Position numbers and translations under genes: made by a program. From positions 1 to 48,107 of the forward strand of contig DASSOA010000092.1 of NCBI GenBank assembly GCA_035701115.1: a DNA stretch of 48,107 nucleotides, written 5' to 3'. Under the pieces are notes generated by a model that saw nothing but the letters and a program-made list of their open reading frames with translations, did no database searches and was not told where the DNA came from. Shown here piece after piece: positions 9,161-19,378 of the stretch; within the stretch, counting starts at the first letter, position 1; each line of letters starts with the position of its first letter. The stretch comes from Gammaproteobacteria bacterium (GTDB lineage: Bacteria > Pseudomonadota > Gammaproteobacteria > Natronospirales > REEB76).

Positions 9161-10918
9161 ATGAACCGCAGATTTGCAAGCATTGCCCTGATGGCGTTAT
9201 TGATCACATTGACTGGCTGCGGCGGCGGGGCCAACTCCAGTTTTGCCGGCAGCGGTTCAGGAAGCGGCGGATCCTCGAGCAGCACGGGTGGCGGCACATC
9301 GGGTTCGGTGTCCATAGGCAGCGGCAGCGGCTCATCGTTCCAGAAAGGTGCCCTTGCCATTGGTATCGGATCGTCCACACTTTCGGCGGGCGGCTCCACG
9401 AGCGTGACCGCGACCATCGTCAACGCCGACGGCTCACTCTACGCGCAATCCGTATCGGTCAGTTTCAATTCACCTTGCGTGAGTTCCGGCCTGGCCACGA
9501 TTGTTGATGCAACACCCGGTGTAACGTCGCCGACTTCGACGGTCACGACCACGACGGGTACCGCAACCGCCACTTATACTGCCAAAGGTTGTAGCAGCAG
9601 CGACACCATCACGGCGACGGCTTCTATTAGTGGCTCCACTGTTACGGCGACAGGCACCATCACGGTTCAGGCGGCGCAATTGGGATCCATTCAATTCGTA
9701 TCCGCCACGCCGCCGACGATTGCACTCAAGGGCATGGGCGGGGTGGGTTCGTCTGAATCCTCAACCGTCGTATTCAAGGTGCTCGACACCACCGGCGGCA
9801 TCAAGCCCAATACCGATGTAACGTTTGCGCTCAATACCACGGTTGGCGGGGTGAGCCTGTCATCCTCCACTGCCAAAAGCGACGCCAGCGGCCTGGTTCA
9901 GACCGTGGTGACGTCAGGCACAGTTGCAGAACCGATTAGCGTCATCGCCACCGTTCAAGGCCCCAATGGCCCGATTTCCACGCAATCCACCGGGCTTGCC
10001 ATCAGCGGCGGTGTGCCGTCACAGAAATACTTCAGTCTTTCGGTTGACACCTACAATCCGGAAGGTTTTGACAACGATGGCGCAACCGCCACGATCACCG
10101 CGCGACTGGGGGACCGGTTCGGCAACCCGGTCCCGGATGGCACCACTGTGTCGTTCAACACCCGGGGTCCGGGTGCCGGCGGCACCGTGGGTAACGGCGC
10201 CGGTGGCGGCGGCTCCTGCAGCACCACAAACGGTGCCTGCCAGGTGACCTGGACCAGCCAGAACCCGCGCCCGGCTACCGGCACGCTGTCCCATGTCGGG
10301 GACGCATACATTCTGGTGTATGCCTCTCCCGGTGAGGAAGGATTTGACGATAACAACGGCGACGGCGTCTTTGATGCCGGTGACACGTTTACCGATGAAG
10401 GCGAGATTTACGCTGACTCGAACGCCAGCGGCAGTTACGACAGCGGCGAAAACTTCTTCGACTTCAATCAGAATGGAAGCTACGACGGTCCGAACGGTAA
10501 ATGGGACGGTGTGAACTGCAAGGACTCGTCTCGCTGCGGAAACAGCCAGATTGCCGTGGGCGGGGCGATCTGCATAGTGATGGCAGGCAGCCATGCAATC
10601 ATGACCCCGTCCAGCTCAAGCATGACATCCGCCGGCGCCGATGTGTTCACCATCAGCGACGAAAACGGCAACACGCTGCCAAAAGACACGACCATAACGC
10701 TGGTGACCGTGAACCTGGTCAATGCCACTGCCACCATGCAGCCAAGCAGCTACAAGGTGGGAAACGTGGGCTGTGGCGGCACCGATCCTTCGATCGCGGT
10801 CATTGTTTCGCAATCCGACTTGACCAAGCCTGCGACAGGATCGTTCTATCTTGAAGCCACCACACCGACGACATCAACCGTTTCCGACAGTCCCATTGTT
10901 TCCATTAATATCCCGTAA
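9161..10918 (+). CDS. Large surface lipoprotein with bacterial Ig-like (Big/invasin-type) domains and three EF-hand-like calcium loops
   Basis: 585 aa with lipobox LTGC (Cys20) and a Gly/Ser-rich linker (aa 21-59). At least two Thr/Ser/Val-rich beta-sandwich-like modules follow (e.g. SVTATIVNADGSLYAQSVSVSFNS...GTATATYTA). Three consecutive D-x-N-x-[DSN]-G-x-x-D loops occupy aa 397-442. A GAGG Shine-Dalgarno lies 9 nt upstream of the ATG. The gene starts 59 nt after pilQ and ends 12 nt before aroK. Confidence 0.8.
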   Translation: MNRRFASIALMALLITLTGCGGGANSSFAGSGSGSGGSSSSTGGGTSGSVSIGSGSGSSFQKGALAIGIGSSTLSAGGSTSVTATIVNADGSLYAQSVSVSFNSPCVSSGLATIVDATPGVTSPTSTVTTTTGTATATYTAKGCSSSDTITATASISGSTVTATGTITVQAAQLGSIQFVSATPPTIALKGMGGVGSSESSTVVFKVLDTTGGIKPNTDVTFALNTTVGGVSLSSSTAKSDASGLVQTVVTSGTVAEPISVIATVQGPNGPISTQSTGLAISGGVPSQKYFSLSVDTYNPEGFDNDGATATITARLGDRFGNPVPDGTTVSFNTRGPGAGGTVGNGAGGGGSCSTTNGACQVTWTSQNPRPATGTLSHVGDAYILVYASPGEEGFDDNNGDGVFDAGDTFTDEGEIYADSNASGSYDSGENFFDFNQNGSYDGPNGKWDGVNCKDSSRCGNSQIAVGGAICIVMAGSHAIMTPSSSSMTSAGADVFTISDENGNTLPKDTTITLVTVNLVNATATMQPSSYKVGNVGCGGTDPSIAVIVSQSDLTKPATGSFYLEATTPTTSTVSDSPIVSINIP

Positions 10919-10930
10919 CCCTGAACATGA

Positions 10931-11476
10931 ATGGAGCAGCACGCACGCATCTTCCTCATTGGCCCGATGGGCGCCGGCAAGAGCGCCATCGGGAGGGAAC
11001 TGGCACTGCTGCTGAAACGCGAGTTTCTTGACGTTGACCGGGAAATCGAACGCCGCACCGGCGTTGATATTCCGCTGATATTCGAAAAGGAAGGCGAAAC
11101 CGGGTTTCGCCGCCGGGAACGTGAAGTCCTCGCCGAACTGACTCAACTCGACAACATCGTGCTTGCCACCGGCGGCGGCGCTGTGCTGGATTCCGCCAAC
11201 CGCGATTGCCTGGCAAGCCGTGGCATTGTCGTTTATCTCAAGGCATCGCCAGCGGCATTGAGTACCCGTACCCAACGCAATCAGAACCGGCCTTTGCTCG
11301 CAGACAACGCCAACCATGAGGCGCGCTTGCGTGAACTGGTCGCTGCCCGGGAGCCGTTTTACGAAGCGCTGGCGCAACTGACCATTTCCACTGACCACGG
11401 CCATGTGCGGGCGCTCGCCCGGCAGATCGTTCGCGCGCTGAAACCGGGCCCGGAACAGAACCGGCACGCAGGCTGA
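10931..11476 (+). CDS. aroK: Shikimate kinase
   Basis: 181 aa with P-loop IFLIGPMGAGKSAIGREL. It sits in the canonical position upstream of aroB. Confidence 0.95.
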   Translation: MEQHARIFLIGPMGAGKSAIGRELALLLKREFLDVDREIERRTGVDIPLIFEKEGETGFRRREREVLAELTQLDNIVLATGGGAVLDSANRDCLASRGIVVYLKASPAALSTRTQRNQNRPLLADNANHEARLRELVAAREPFYEALAQLTISTDHGHVRALARQIVRALKPGPEQNRHAG

Positions 11477-11480
11477 CTGA

Positions 11481-12563
11481 ATGAAGACATTGTCTGTCGA
11501 TCTCGGAGCCCGCAGTTATCCGATCTACGTCGGCAGCGCACTGCTTGGCCAGCGCGATTTGTTTGCCCCGTTTTGCGAACACGGGCAGGTGTGCATTGTC
11601 ACCGATGATCTGGTGGCCCCGCTCTATCTGGACCGGCTGCAGCGCACGCTTGCCGGCTTCAAGCTGCACAGCACGATCCTGCCGAACGGCGAACAGAACA
11701 AGCACTGGCAGACACTGGACAGGATATTTTCGTTCCTGCTCAAGAACGAACTGGGTCGCGACACCACGCTGATTGCACTCGGTGGAGGTGTGGTCGGCGA
11801 TCTGACCGGCTTTGCCGCGGCCTGTTACCAGCGCGGCATCCCGTATCTGCAAGTCCCCACCACCCTGCTGGCGCAGGTGGACTCATCGGTCGGCGGCAAA
11901 ACGGCGATCAACCATCGCTACGGCAAGAACATGATTGGCGCATTTTACCAGCCGCAGGCCGTCATTGCCGATACCGACACGCTGACAACACTCGACACAC
12001 GCAATTTCAGTGCGGGTCTGGCTGAAGTCATCAAATACGGCATGATGGCCGACGCGGATTTTTTCCTCTGGCTGGAAACCAACATCCAGGCGCTCCTCGC
12101 CCACGACCGTGAACTCCTCAATCAGGTCGTGTACCGTTCCTGCGAAATCAAGGCACAGGTGGTCGCCGCGGATGAACGCGAAGCGAACGGCCAACGCGAA
12201 CTGCTCAACCTCGGTCACACCTTCGGACATGCCATTGAGGTGGGACTGGGCTACGGGGAATGGCTGCACGGCGAGGCGGTCGCTGCCGGCATGATGATGG
12301 CTTCGGCCCTGTCGGTGCGCATGGGCTGGCTCACTGCCGCGGAATACCGGCGTCTCGGCCGTTTGCTGGAACGCGCCGGATTGCCGGTCAAGGCACCGCA
12401 AGCGCTGACGCCCGAAAGTTTCATGCAGCACATGCAGCGCGACAAGAAAGTCCGCAATGGGCGTCTGCGCCTGGTACTGCCGCATGGCATCGGCAACGCT
12501 GAAGTGACGGATGCGTTCGATGCCGCGGCCCTCGCCGACACGCTGGCAGGAAAGCCGCTTTGA
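11481..12563 (+). CDS. aroB: 3-dehydroquinate synthase
   Basis: 360 aa carrying the motifs [36 protein letters not shown] and [11 protein letters not shown]. Confidence 0.95.
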   Translation: MKTLSVDLGARSYPIYVGSALLGQRDLFAPFCEHGQVCIVTDDLVAPLYLDRLQRTLAGFKLHSTILPNGEQNKHWQTLDRIFSFLLKNELGRDTTLIALGGGVVGDLTGFAAACYQRGIPYLQVPTTLLAQVDSSVGGKTAINHRYGKNMIGAFYQPQAVIADTDTLTTLDTRNFSAGLAEVIKYGMMADADFFLWLETNIQALLAHDRELLNQVVYRSCEIKAQVVAADEREANGQRELLNLGHTFGHAIEVGLGYGEWLHGEAVAAGMMMASALSVRMGWLTAAEYRRLGRLLERAGLPVKAPQALTPESFMQHMQRDKKVRNGRLRLVLPHGIGNAEVTDAFDAAALADTLAGKPL

Positions 12564-12570
12564 GGCACCC

Positions 12571-13749
12571 ATGACGTTCTCCGCTCCACTCGCGCCCTGG
12601 GCAGCGCAGGATGGTTCCTCGCGCGGCCGGCGTCACCCCGAACCGCCGCCCGTCTACCGCAGCGAATACCAGCGCGATCGCGACCGCATCATTCACAGCA
12701 CCGCGTTCCGCCGTCTCATGTACAAGACCCAGGTATTCGTCTACGACGAAGGCGACATGTACCGGACCCGACTGACGCATTCGCTGGAGGTGGCGCAGAT
12801 CGCACGGAGCGCAGCGGTGGCGCTCAATCTCAATGAACCGCTGACCGAAGCCATCGCGCTGGCCCATGACCTCGGGCACACACCGTTCGGGCACGCGGGA
12901 CAGGATGCGCTTCACGCCGCGATGCGCGACTACGGCGGCTTTGAGCACAACCTCCAGTCATTGCGGGTCGTGGATCTGCTGGAAGAACGCTACCCCGCCT
13001 TCGCCGGGCTAAATCTCACATTCGAAACCCGCGAAGGCATCCTCAAACATTGTTCGGTTGCCAATGCGCGCGAACTCGGCAGCGTCGGACAGCGGTTCCT
13101 CGACCGCACCCAGCCGGGGCTCGAAGCCCAGCTTGCCAACCTGGCCGACGAGATTGCCTACAACAGCCATGACGTGGATGACGGCCTGCGTGCCGGATTG
13201 CTGGCAATGGACGCGCTGCTCGAGATCACGCTATTTCGTCGCCATCACGACGCCGTGATTAAGCAGTACCCGGATCTGTCGCCGCGCCGGCGTACCCATG
13301 AAATCGTCCGTCGCATTATCAATCAGCTGATTACCGATCTCATCGAGACCAGTCGCACCAATATTGCGGCCGCACGGCTTTCCGACGCCGACAGCGCGCG
13401 CGCCCAATCCCGTCCACTGATCGGTTTGAGCGAAACCCTGCGCGACAGCAACCGGCAGCTGTCGCAATTTCTGCGCACACATCTGTATTTCCATCCGCGG
13501 GTGCAAACGATGACGCAGCGCGCCACGCGTATCGTCAGCACCCTGTTCGAGGCCTATTTCTCCGAAAGCGACGAGCTGCCGGAGACCGTCGCCCGCCAGG
13601 CAGCTCAGGTGGAAATCAACCAGGGCGCCACCGCACGGGCCCGCTTGGTCGCCGACTACATTGCAGGCATGACAGACCGTTACGCCGAACGTGAATATCA
13701 CCGACTCACGGGTGAGGACCGCGGCACCGGTTCGAAGCGGTCCGCGTGA
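12571..13749 (+). CDS. dgt: dGTPase-like HD-domain triphosphohydrolase
   Basis: The HD-domain signature YRTRLTHSLEVAQIARS...LAHDLGHTPFGHAG is present. I prefer the ATG at 12571 (GAGG Shine-Dalgarno 5 nt upstream, no overlap with aroB) over the longest ORF start at 12511. Confidence 0.9.
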   Translation: MTFSAPLAPWAAQDGSSRGRRHPEPPPVYRSEYQRDRDRIIHSTAFRRLMYKTQVFVYDEGDMYRTRLTHSLEVAQIARSAAVALNLNEPLTEAIALAHDLGHTPFGHAGQDALHAAMRDYGGFEHNLQSLRVVDLLEERYPAFAGLNLTFETREGILKHCSVANARELGSVGQRFLDRTQPGLEAQLANLADEIAYNSHDVDDGLRAGLLAMDALLEITLFRRHHDAVIKQYPDLSPRRRTHEIVRRIINQLITDLIETSRTNIAAARLSDADSARAQSRPLIGLSETLRDSNRQLSQFLRTHLYFHPRVQTMTQRATRIVSTLFEAYFSESDELPETVARQAAQVEINQGATARARLVADYIAGMTDRYAEREYHRLTGEDRGTGSKRSA

Positions 13750-13789
13750 TAAAATTGCGGCCCGGTCCTCAACCAATAAAGAACGTCTC

Positions 13790-14506
13790 ATGCTCTCCAG
13801 CAATATTGTGCCTGTCCGCGAACGCCTCATTTTCGCGCTCGACGTAGCGGATGCGGATTCCGCCCGCAGGCTCGTCACAACCCTGGGCGAGTCGGTGCAG
13901 TTCTACAAGATCGGACTGGAACTGTTTATGGCCGGCGGCTATTTCGAGTTGCTCGACTGGCTGGTGCAGCAGGACAAACGGGTGTTTGTCGATCTCAAGT
14001 TCTTCGACATCCCGGCCACGGTCCAGGCGGCGGTTCGCCAGCTGTCGCAGCGGGGTGCAACGTTCTGCACCATTCACGGCAATCAGTCGATCATGGAAGC
14101 GGCCGCGGAAGTCAAAGGCAAGCTCAAGGTGCTGGCCGTCACGGCGCTGACCAGCCTGGATCGCGGCGACCTCGATGACCTCGGTTTCAAATGCGACGTG
14201 GAAGAGCTGGTGCTGTCGCGCGCGCGCCGTGCGCTTGAAGCCGGCTGCGACGGGGTCGTGTCCTCAGGGATGGAAGCGGCAAGACTCCGTGAATTCATTG
14301 ATCACCGTTTGCTGGTGATCACGCCGGGCATCCGGCCGGTGGAAAACCGGCCCGACGACGACCAGAAGCGCGCAGTCACCGTCGAGCAGGCATTCAATAA
14401 CGGGGCTGATTACATTGTCGTGGGACGGCCGATCCGCAAGGCAGCCGATCCGCGTGCCGCGGCGGAAGCCATTCAGGAATCGATCGCGGCAATATTCGAC
14501 AAATAA
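13790..14506 (+). CDS. pyrF: Orotidine 5'-phosphate decarboxylase
   Basis: ERLIFALDV...FYKIGLELF...VFVDLKFFDIPATV match the OMP decarboxylase motifs. The internal ATG at 13790 gives a normal length of about 238 aa. The 13691 start would add an Arg-rich extension overlapping the dgt 3' end. Confidence 0.9.
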   Translation: MLSSNIVPVRERLIFALDVADADSARRLVTTLGESVQFYKIGLELFMAGGYFELLDWLVQQDKRVFVDLKFFDIPATVQAAVRQLSQRGATFCTIHGNQSIMEAAAEVKGKLKVLAVTALTSLDRGDLDDLGFKCDVEELVLSRARRALEAGCDGVVSSGMEAARLREFIDHRLLVITPGIRPVENRPDDDQKRAVTVEQAFNNGADYIVVGRPIRKAADPRAAAEAIQESIAAIFDK

Positions 14507-14557
14507 TGCGAGGCTTTATTCCCCTCCCCCTTCGGGAGAGAGCCGGGGAGAACGTTC

Positions 14558-15628
14558 GTGACACAATCGACGCTTGAAAACGATCTGCTGTTGCGCGCGC
14601 TGCTGCGTCAGCCCGTGGCACGCACGCCGGTATGGATCATGCGTCAGGCCGGACGTTACCTGCCCGAATACCGCGCCACCCGGGCACGCGCCGGCAGTTT
14701 CATCAAGCTGATGAGCACACCGGAACTCGCCTGCGAAGTCACCCTGCAACCGCTTGATCGCTTCCCACTGGATGCAGCGATCCTGTTTTCCGACATTCTC
14801 ACCATACCCTCGGCAATGGGCCTGGGTCTGCATTTCGTCGAGGGCGAAGGACCGGCATTTGAACGGCCGGTGCGCGACGCGTCCGCTGTGATGCAACTTG
14901 CCATACCGGATCCCGAAACCGAATTGCGCTACGTCATGGATGCCGTGCGTCTGATCCGTCGCGAACTGGCCGGTCGCGTGCCGCTGATCGGCTTCGCGGG
15001 CAGTCCATGGACGCTGGCAACCTACATGGTCGAAGGTGGCTCAAGCCGTGAGTTTGCCCGCATCAAGACGTTGCTTTACCAGGAGCCCGCCACACTCCAT
15101 GCCCTGCTCGGCAAGCTTGCCGGATCGGTCACGCTGTATTTGAACGCGCAGATCAAGGCGGGCGCACAAGCCGTGATGCTGTTCGACACCTGGGGCGGCG
15201 CGCTGGCCGCCGCTGCCTATCGCGAATTTTCGCTGCGATACATGACGCAAATTGCCAGCGGTCTGATCCGTGAACACGACAACCGGCGCGTGCCACTCAT
15301 TCTGTTTACCAAAGGCGGCGGCGGCTGGCTGGAAAGCATGGCGGAATCAGGCGCCGACGCGCTTGGCATTGACTGGACCCAGGACATCGGCGAAGCGCGT
15401 CGTCGTGTCGGCGACAGGGTCGCCCTGCAGGGGAACCTCGATCCCGCCGTGTTGCGTGCCTCTCCCGAACAGATTCGCGCCCAGACCGGTCTGGTGCTGG
15501 ACGGCTTCGGCCACGGCAACGGTCACGTGTTCAATCTCGGTCACGGCGTCACGCAGGATGTTCCACCCGAGCATGTTGCCGCGCTGCTTGACGCAGTCGC
15601 GGAACTGAGCCCCGCCTTTCACGGCTGA
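14558..15628 (+). CDS. hemE: Uroporphyrinogen decarboxylase
   Basis: [28 protein letters not shown] is the hallmark HemE N-terminus. GTG start with a GGGGAG Shine-Dalgarno 7 nt upstream. Confidence 0.95.
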   Translation: MTQSTLENDLLLRALLRQPVARTPVWIMRQAGRYLPEYRATRARAGSFIKLMSTPELACEVTLQPLDRFPLDAAILFSDILTIPSAMGLGLHFVEGEGPAFERPVRDASAVMQLAIPDPETELRYVMDAVRLIRRELAGRVPLIGFAGSPWTLATYMVEGGSSREFARIKTLLYQEPATLHALLGKLAGSVTLYLNAQIKAGAQAVMLFDTWGGALAAAAYREFSLRYMTQIASGLIREHDNRRVPLILFTKGGGGWLESMAESGADALGIDWTQDIGEARRRVGDRVALQGNLDPAVLRASPEQIRAQTGLVLDGFGHGNGHVFNLGHGVTQDVPPEHVAALLDAVAELSPAFHG

Positions 15629-15647
15629 GCATGGGGGGCCGACGGCA

Positions 15648-17327
15648 TTACGCCGTTTGTGCCGTCGCTTCATCGCGCAATTCCCGCCGCAGGATCTTGC
15701 CCACGTTCGATTTGGGCAGTTCCTGGCGGAATTCCACGAATTTCGGGACCTTGTAGCCGGTGAGATATTTGTGGCAATGCGCGATAAGTTCTTCGCCGGT
15801 CAGCGCCGGGTCTTTCTTGACCACAAACAGTTTCACCACTTCCCCGGAATGTTCGTTCGGTATGCCCACCGCGGCGCACTCGCGCACGCCGGGATGCATC
15901 ATGACGACGTCCTCGACTTCATTCGGATACACGTTGAAACCGGACACCAGGATCATGTCTTTCTTGCGATCCACGATATAGACATAGCCGCGCTCGTCGA
16001 AACGTCCCATGTCGCCGGTGCGCAGCCAACCGTCCGGTGACAGCACCTTGGCGGTTTCATCCGGCCGGTTCCAGTAACCACGCATCACCTGTGGACCACG
16101 GATGCAGATTTCGCCGACCTCCGCCACCGGCAATTCGTTGCCACTGTCGTCGCGGATGCTGACCTCGGTTGATGGAATCGGTAAACCGATGCTGCTGTTG
16201 TAATCCTTGAGGTCCAGCGGATTGATGCATGCGGCAGGCGACGTTTCGGTCAGACCGTAGGCCTCGACAATCGGCACGCCGGTGACCTGTTTCCAGTGTT
16301 CGGCGACGGCGCGCTGCACCGCCATGCCGCCACCGAGCGCGAGTTTAAGTGCGGAAAAATCCAGCTTCTCGAATCCGGGCGCATGCAGCAACGCATTGAA
16401 CAGCGTGTTCACGCCGGTAATGACGCTGAACCGGACACCAGCCAGCGTCTTGACGAAGGTTGGCAAGTCACGCGGGTTGGTAATGAGCACGTTGGTGCCG
16501 CCCAGCGTGATGAACACCATGCAATTCGCGGTCAGGGAAAAGATGTGGTACAGGGGCAGCGCGGTAATCACCACTTCCTGTTTCCGCTCCAGCGATGATC
16601 CGAGCCAGGCGGATGCCTGCAGCACGTTGGCGACCATGTTGCCGTGCGTGAGCACCGCGCCCTTGGATACACCGGTGGTACCGCCGGTGTACTGGAGAAA
16701 GGCAATATCATCGTGGGTCAGGGCAACGTCGTCAGGTTGATGTCGTGCGCCTTCGGCAAGCACGTCGCGAAAACTGCGTGCGCCTGCAATGCGCCATGGT
16801 GGCACCATTTTCTTGACGCGGCGCACCACGAAATTCACGATCGGCCGTTTTGGAAAGCCCAGCAGGTCACCGATGGCGGTGACGATCACATGCTGTACGC
16901 CGGTTTTTCCCACCACTTGCTGTAAAGTAGTGGCGAAATTTTCCAGTATCACAATTGCCCTGGCACCGGAATCGGTCAGTTGATGCTCAAGCTCGTGCGA
17001 GGTGTACAGCGGATTGACGTTCACCGCGACCATACCGGCACGCAGGATGCCAAACAGCGCCACTGGATACTGAAGCAGGTTGGGCATCATCAGCGCGACG
17101 CGATCGCCCTTGTTGAGTCCCGCAACCTTTTGCAGGTAAGCGGCAAAGCGGCGGCTCTGCGCGTCAATTTCCGCGTAACTGAGCGCGGTCCCCATGTTGG
17201 TGAACGCCGGCAGTTCAGCGAATTTCGCAAAACTCTCTTCCAGAACGGCCTTGATGGACGCGTAGGCGCCGGTATTGATTTCGGCGGGGACCCCCGCCGG
17301 GTATTCTTTCAGCCAGAATTTGTCCAT
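15648..17327 (-). CDS. fadD: Long-chain-fatty-acid--CoA ligase
   Basis: 559 aa, near-colinear with E. coli FadD as I recall it ([26 protein letters not shown]). The AMP-binding motif is [18 protein letters not shown]. Confidence 0.9.
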   Translation of the reverse strand: MDKFWLKEYPAGVPAEINTGAYASIKAVLEESFAKFAELPAFTNMGTALSYAEIDAQSRRFAAYLQKVAGLNKGDRVALMMPNLLQYPVALFGILRAGMVAVNVNPLYTSHELEHQLTDSGARAIVILENFATTLQQVVGKTGVQHVIVTAIGDLLGFPKRPIVNFVVRRVKKMVPPWRIAGARSFRDVLAEGARHQPDDVALTHDDIAFLQYTGGTTGVSKGAVLTHGNMVANVLQASAWLGSSLERKQEVVITALPLYHIFSLTANCMVFITLGGTNVLITNPRDLPTFVKTLAGVRFSVITGVNTLFNALLHAPGFEKLDFSALKLALGGGMAVQRAVAEHWKQVTGVPIVEAYGLTETSPAACINPLDLKDYNSSIGLPIPSTEVSIRDDSGNELPVAEVGEICIRGPQVMRGYWNRPDETAKVLSPDGWLRTGDMGRFDERGYVYIVDRKKDMILVSGFNVYPNEVEDVVMMHPGVRECAAVGIPNEHSGEVVKLFVVKKDPALTGEELIAHCHKYLTGYKVPKFVEFRQELPKSNVGKILRRELRDEATAQTA

Positions 17328-17477
17328 TCAGGTCCTCGGCGGTCGCATGCTGTCGCGAATCCACGGGCGTCCCGTGAAGCGCACAAGGTATAGCACGCGC
17401 CAGGACACGGCAAGCGGGAAGCCGCAGCGTGGTTCGCGCTAGAATCACGCTCCCGGTCAGCGGAGGCAACCATAACT

Positions 17478-18236
17478 ATGCAGAACCCGGCTTCTCGTGT
17501 GGCGTGGATTACCGGCGGTGGCACAGGCATCGGCCGCACGCTCGCATTGCGGCTCGCCGCAGACGGCTGGACGGTGGCTATTTCGGGTCGCCGGCCGGGG
17601 CCACTGTCCGAAGCCGCCGGACTCGATGCTGAACGCCTGCACGGCTACCCGCTGGACGTTGCCGACCTGCAGGCGGTACGCACTACCGTGTCGCGTATTG
17701 AATCAGAGCTTGGTCCACTGCAGCTCGTGGTGCTGAACGCCGGAATCGGCCAGTTCATCAAGCTCGCCGAGTTCAATGCCGAGGTCTGCGCCAGACACAT
17801 GCAGGTCAATTACCTTGGTGCCGTGAACGGTATTGACGCCGTTCTGCCGCTGTTTCTGCAACGCAAAGGCGGTCACATCGTGATCGTCGGCAGCGTGGCC
17901 GGCTATCGCGGCGTGCCGCGTGCCGCAGCGTACGGTCCCACCAAGGCGGCGCTGATCAATCTTGCCGAATCACTGCGTTTCGAGCTGGAACGCAAGGGCA
18001 TCGCGATCTCGATTTGCAACCCCGGCTTTATCGACACCGCGATGACGGCGGACAATCAATTTCCGATGCCTTTCTTGATGGATCTGGAGACGGCCGGTGA
18101 AATCATTTACCGCGGGATCCGGCGGCGCAAATTCGAAATCACCTGTCCCTGGCAACTGGTACGGCTGCTCAAACTGTTGCGCTGCCTTCCCTATGCCTGG
18201 TATTTCCCGCTGCTGCGCTGGTTTTATGCGAGGTAA
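17478..18236 (+). CDS. Short-chain dehydrogenase/reductase family oxidoreductase
   Basis: The Rossmann motif is VAWITGGGTGIGRTLA and the catalytic motif is YGPTKAAL (YxxxK). 252 aa. Confidence 0.85.
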   Translation: MQNPASRVAWITGGGTGIGRTLALRLAADGWTVAISGRRPGPLSEAAGLDAERLHGYPLDVADLQAVRTTVSRIESELGPLQLVVLNAGIGQFIKLAEFNAEVCARHMQVNYLGAVNGIDAVLPLFLQRKGGHIVIVGSVAGYRGVPRAAAYGPTKAALINLAESLRFELERKGIAISICNPGFIDTAMTADNQFPMPFLMDLETAGEIIYRGIRRRKFEITCPWQLVRLLKLLRCLPYAWYFPLLRWFYAR

Positions 18237-18245
18237 TCGTCCGCC

Positions 18246-18719
18246 ATGACCGACGTTCATCCGATTCATCACTATCACGCAACCTGCCGCTGGGAAGGAT
18301 CAACGGGCGCGGGTTACGAACTTTACGGGCGCGCCCACACCCTGACCGCGAAGCCGGCCAGGGCATCGCTTGCCGCGTCATCCGATCCGGCATTTCGTGG
18401 CGACCCTGCGCTGCTCAATCCGGAGCAGCTTCTGGTAATGGCCGCCGCTTCCTGCCAGATGCTGTCGTTCCTGGCGATCGCTGCCCGCAAGCGCATTGAC
18501 GTGATCGAATACCACGATGACGCCGAGGGCTTCATGCCGGAAGACGACAAGCCGGTGCGCCTTACCCGGATCGTGCTGCACCCGAGGATCGTGATTGCCG
18601 GCAGCATTGAGCGCGCTCAGTTCGACCAGATGGTAGAACTCGCGCACCAACACTGTTTTATCGCCAACAGTCTCAAAACCGAGATCCGGATCGAAGCCCG
18701 GCCGGAATTCAGGACCTGA
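18246..18719 (+). CDS. OsmC/Ohr-family peroxiredoxin-like protein
   Basis: 157 aa. The two-Cys layout typical of the OsmC family is present (AAASCQMLSF and AHQHCFIANS). It starts 9 nt after the SDR gene. Confidence 0.8.
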   Translation: MTDVHPIHHYHATCRWEGSTGAGYELYGRAHTLTAKPARASLAASSDPAFRGDPALLNPEQLLVMAAASCQMLSFLAIAARKRIDVIEYHDDAEGFMPEDDKPVRLTRIVLHPRIVIAGSIERAQFDQMVELAHQHCFIANSLKTEIRIEARPEFRT

Positions 18720-18823
18720 GCCGGCCCGGCAAGGCGCCTGACCCACAAAGTGAGACGTGGTTCCAGGCGGGTCGAATGCCCGCCGGCTAAACTTGCCGCT
18801 GGTCCGGGCGGGGATGGGGATCT

Positions 18824-19378
18824 ATGGATTACGTGCAGATCATGCAGCGCTGGGGCAATTTTTTCACGCTGTTGAAGTGGGCCAACGACCACGGTGTCTG
18901 GGCGGCGGCACAGGCCATCATCCTCGCTGCATCATTCGTCATCGGATTGCGCATCATCTATTTTCCGCGCCGCCGCATTCGCAATCTCAATTTCCACGCG
19001 CGTCTGGTGCGCAGCGAGCGCAACAAGTTCCGGCTCATGATCTATCTTGAGTTGCGCAACTACACCGGCCGGAGTGTGGTGCTGTCTTCGCCTTTTTTCC
19101 GCTACCTCGATCTGCGCGCGCCGTCCGAAGCCCACGGCGACACGCCGTCGCGCGAATACGAAATCCGTTTTCCGAATTACGGCGGCAAGGAACTCACGGA
19201 AGTGGAATACCTGTTGCGCAACAAGGAAGCCGTGCACACCATCATTGCCCTGGATCCTACGCATACCGACCAGGAAGTTCACCGCGCGCTCAACCGGCAC
19301 CGCGTCGGGATTCTGACTGTCAACTGCATCTGGCTGCAGGACACCCCGCGCGCACAGAAACTGTCACGCCGGATCTGA
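18824..19378 (+). CDS. Hypothetical protein with one N-terminal TM helix, no recognisable family
   Basis: 184-aa ORF with genome-typical codon usage and a TM segment VWAAAQAIILAASFVIGLRIIYF. Its 3' end overlaps the convergent GATase gene by 15 nt. Confidence 0.5.
   Translation: MDYVQIMQRWGNFFTLLKWANDHGVWAAAQAIILAASFVIGLRIIYFPRRRIRNLNFHARLVRSERNKFRLMIYLELRNYTGRSVVLSSPFFRYLDLRAPSEAHGDTPSREYEIRFPNYGGKELTEVEYLLRNKEAVHTIIALDPTHTDQEVHRALNRHRVGILTVNCIWLQDTPRAQKLSRRI

Noticed and set aside
9221-9337. GGCAGC/GGCGGC-type short repeats encoding the Gly/Ser linker of the lipoprotein, as a possible phase-variable microsatellite.
   Set aside because: The longest perfect unit run is about 2.5 copies of a hexamer. 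That is in-frame and too short for efficient slipped-strand switching. It is better explained as low-complexity linker coding.
12571-13749. The dGTPase-like HD protein as a possible anti-phage dNTP-depletion defence gene.
   Set aside because: It sits in-line with housekeeping genes aroK-aroB and pyrF, with 7-40 nt spacers. No mobile or defence neighbours are present. It looks like the ordinary chromosomal dgt-like paralog.
14520-14550. A CTCCC-CCTTC-GGGAG hairpin after pyrF as a terminator.
   Set aside because: The stem is only 5 bp and no U-tract follows. It also overlaps the hemE Shine-Dalgarno region. This is not enough to call a terminator.
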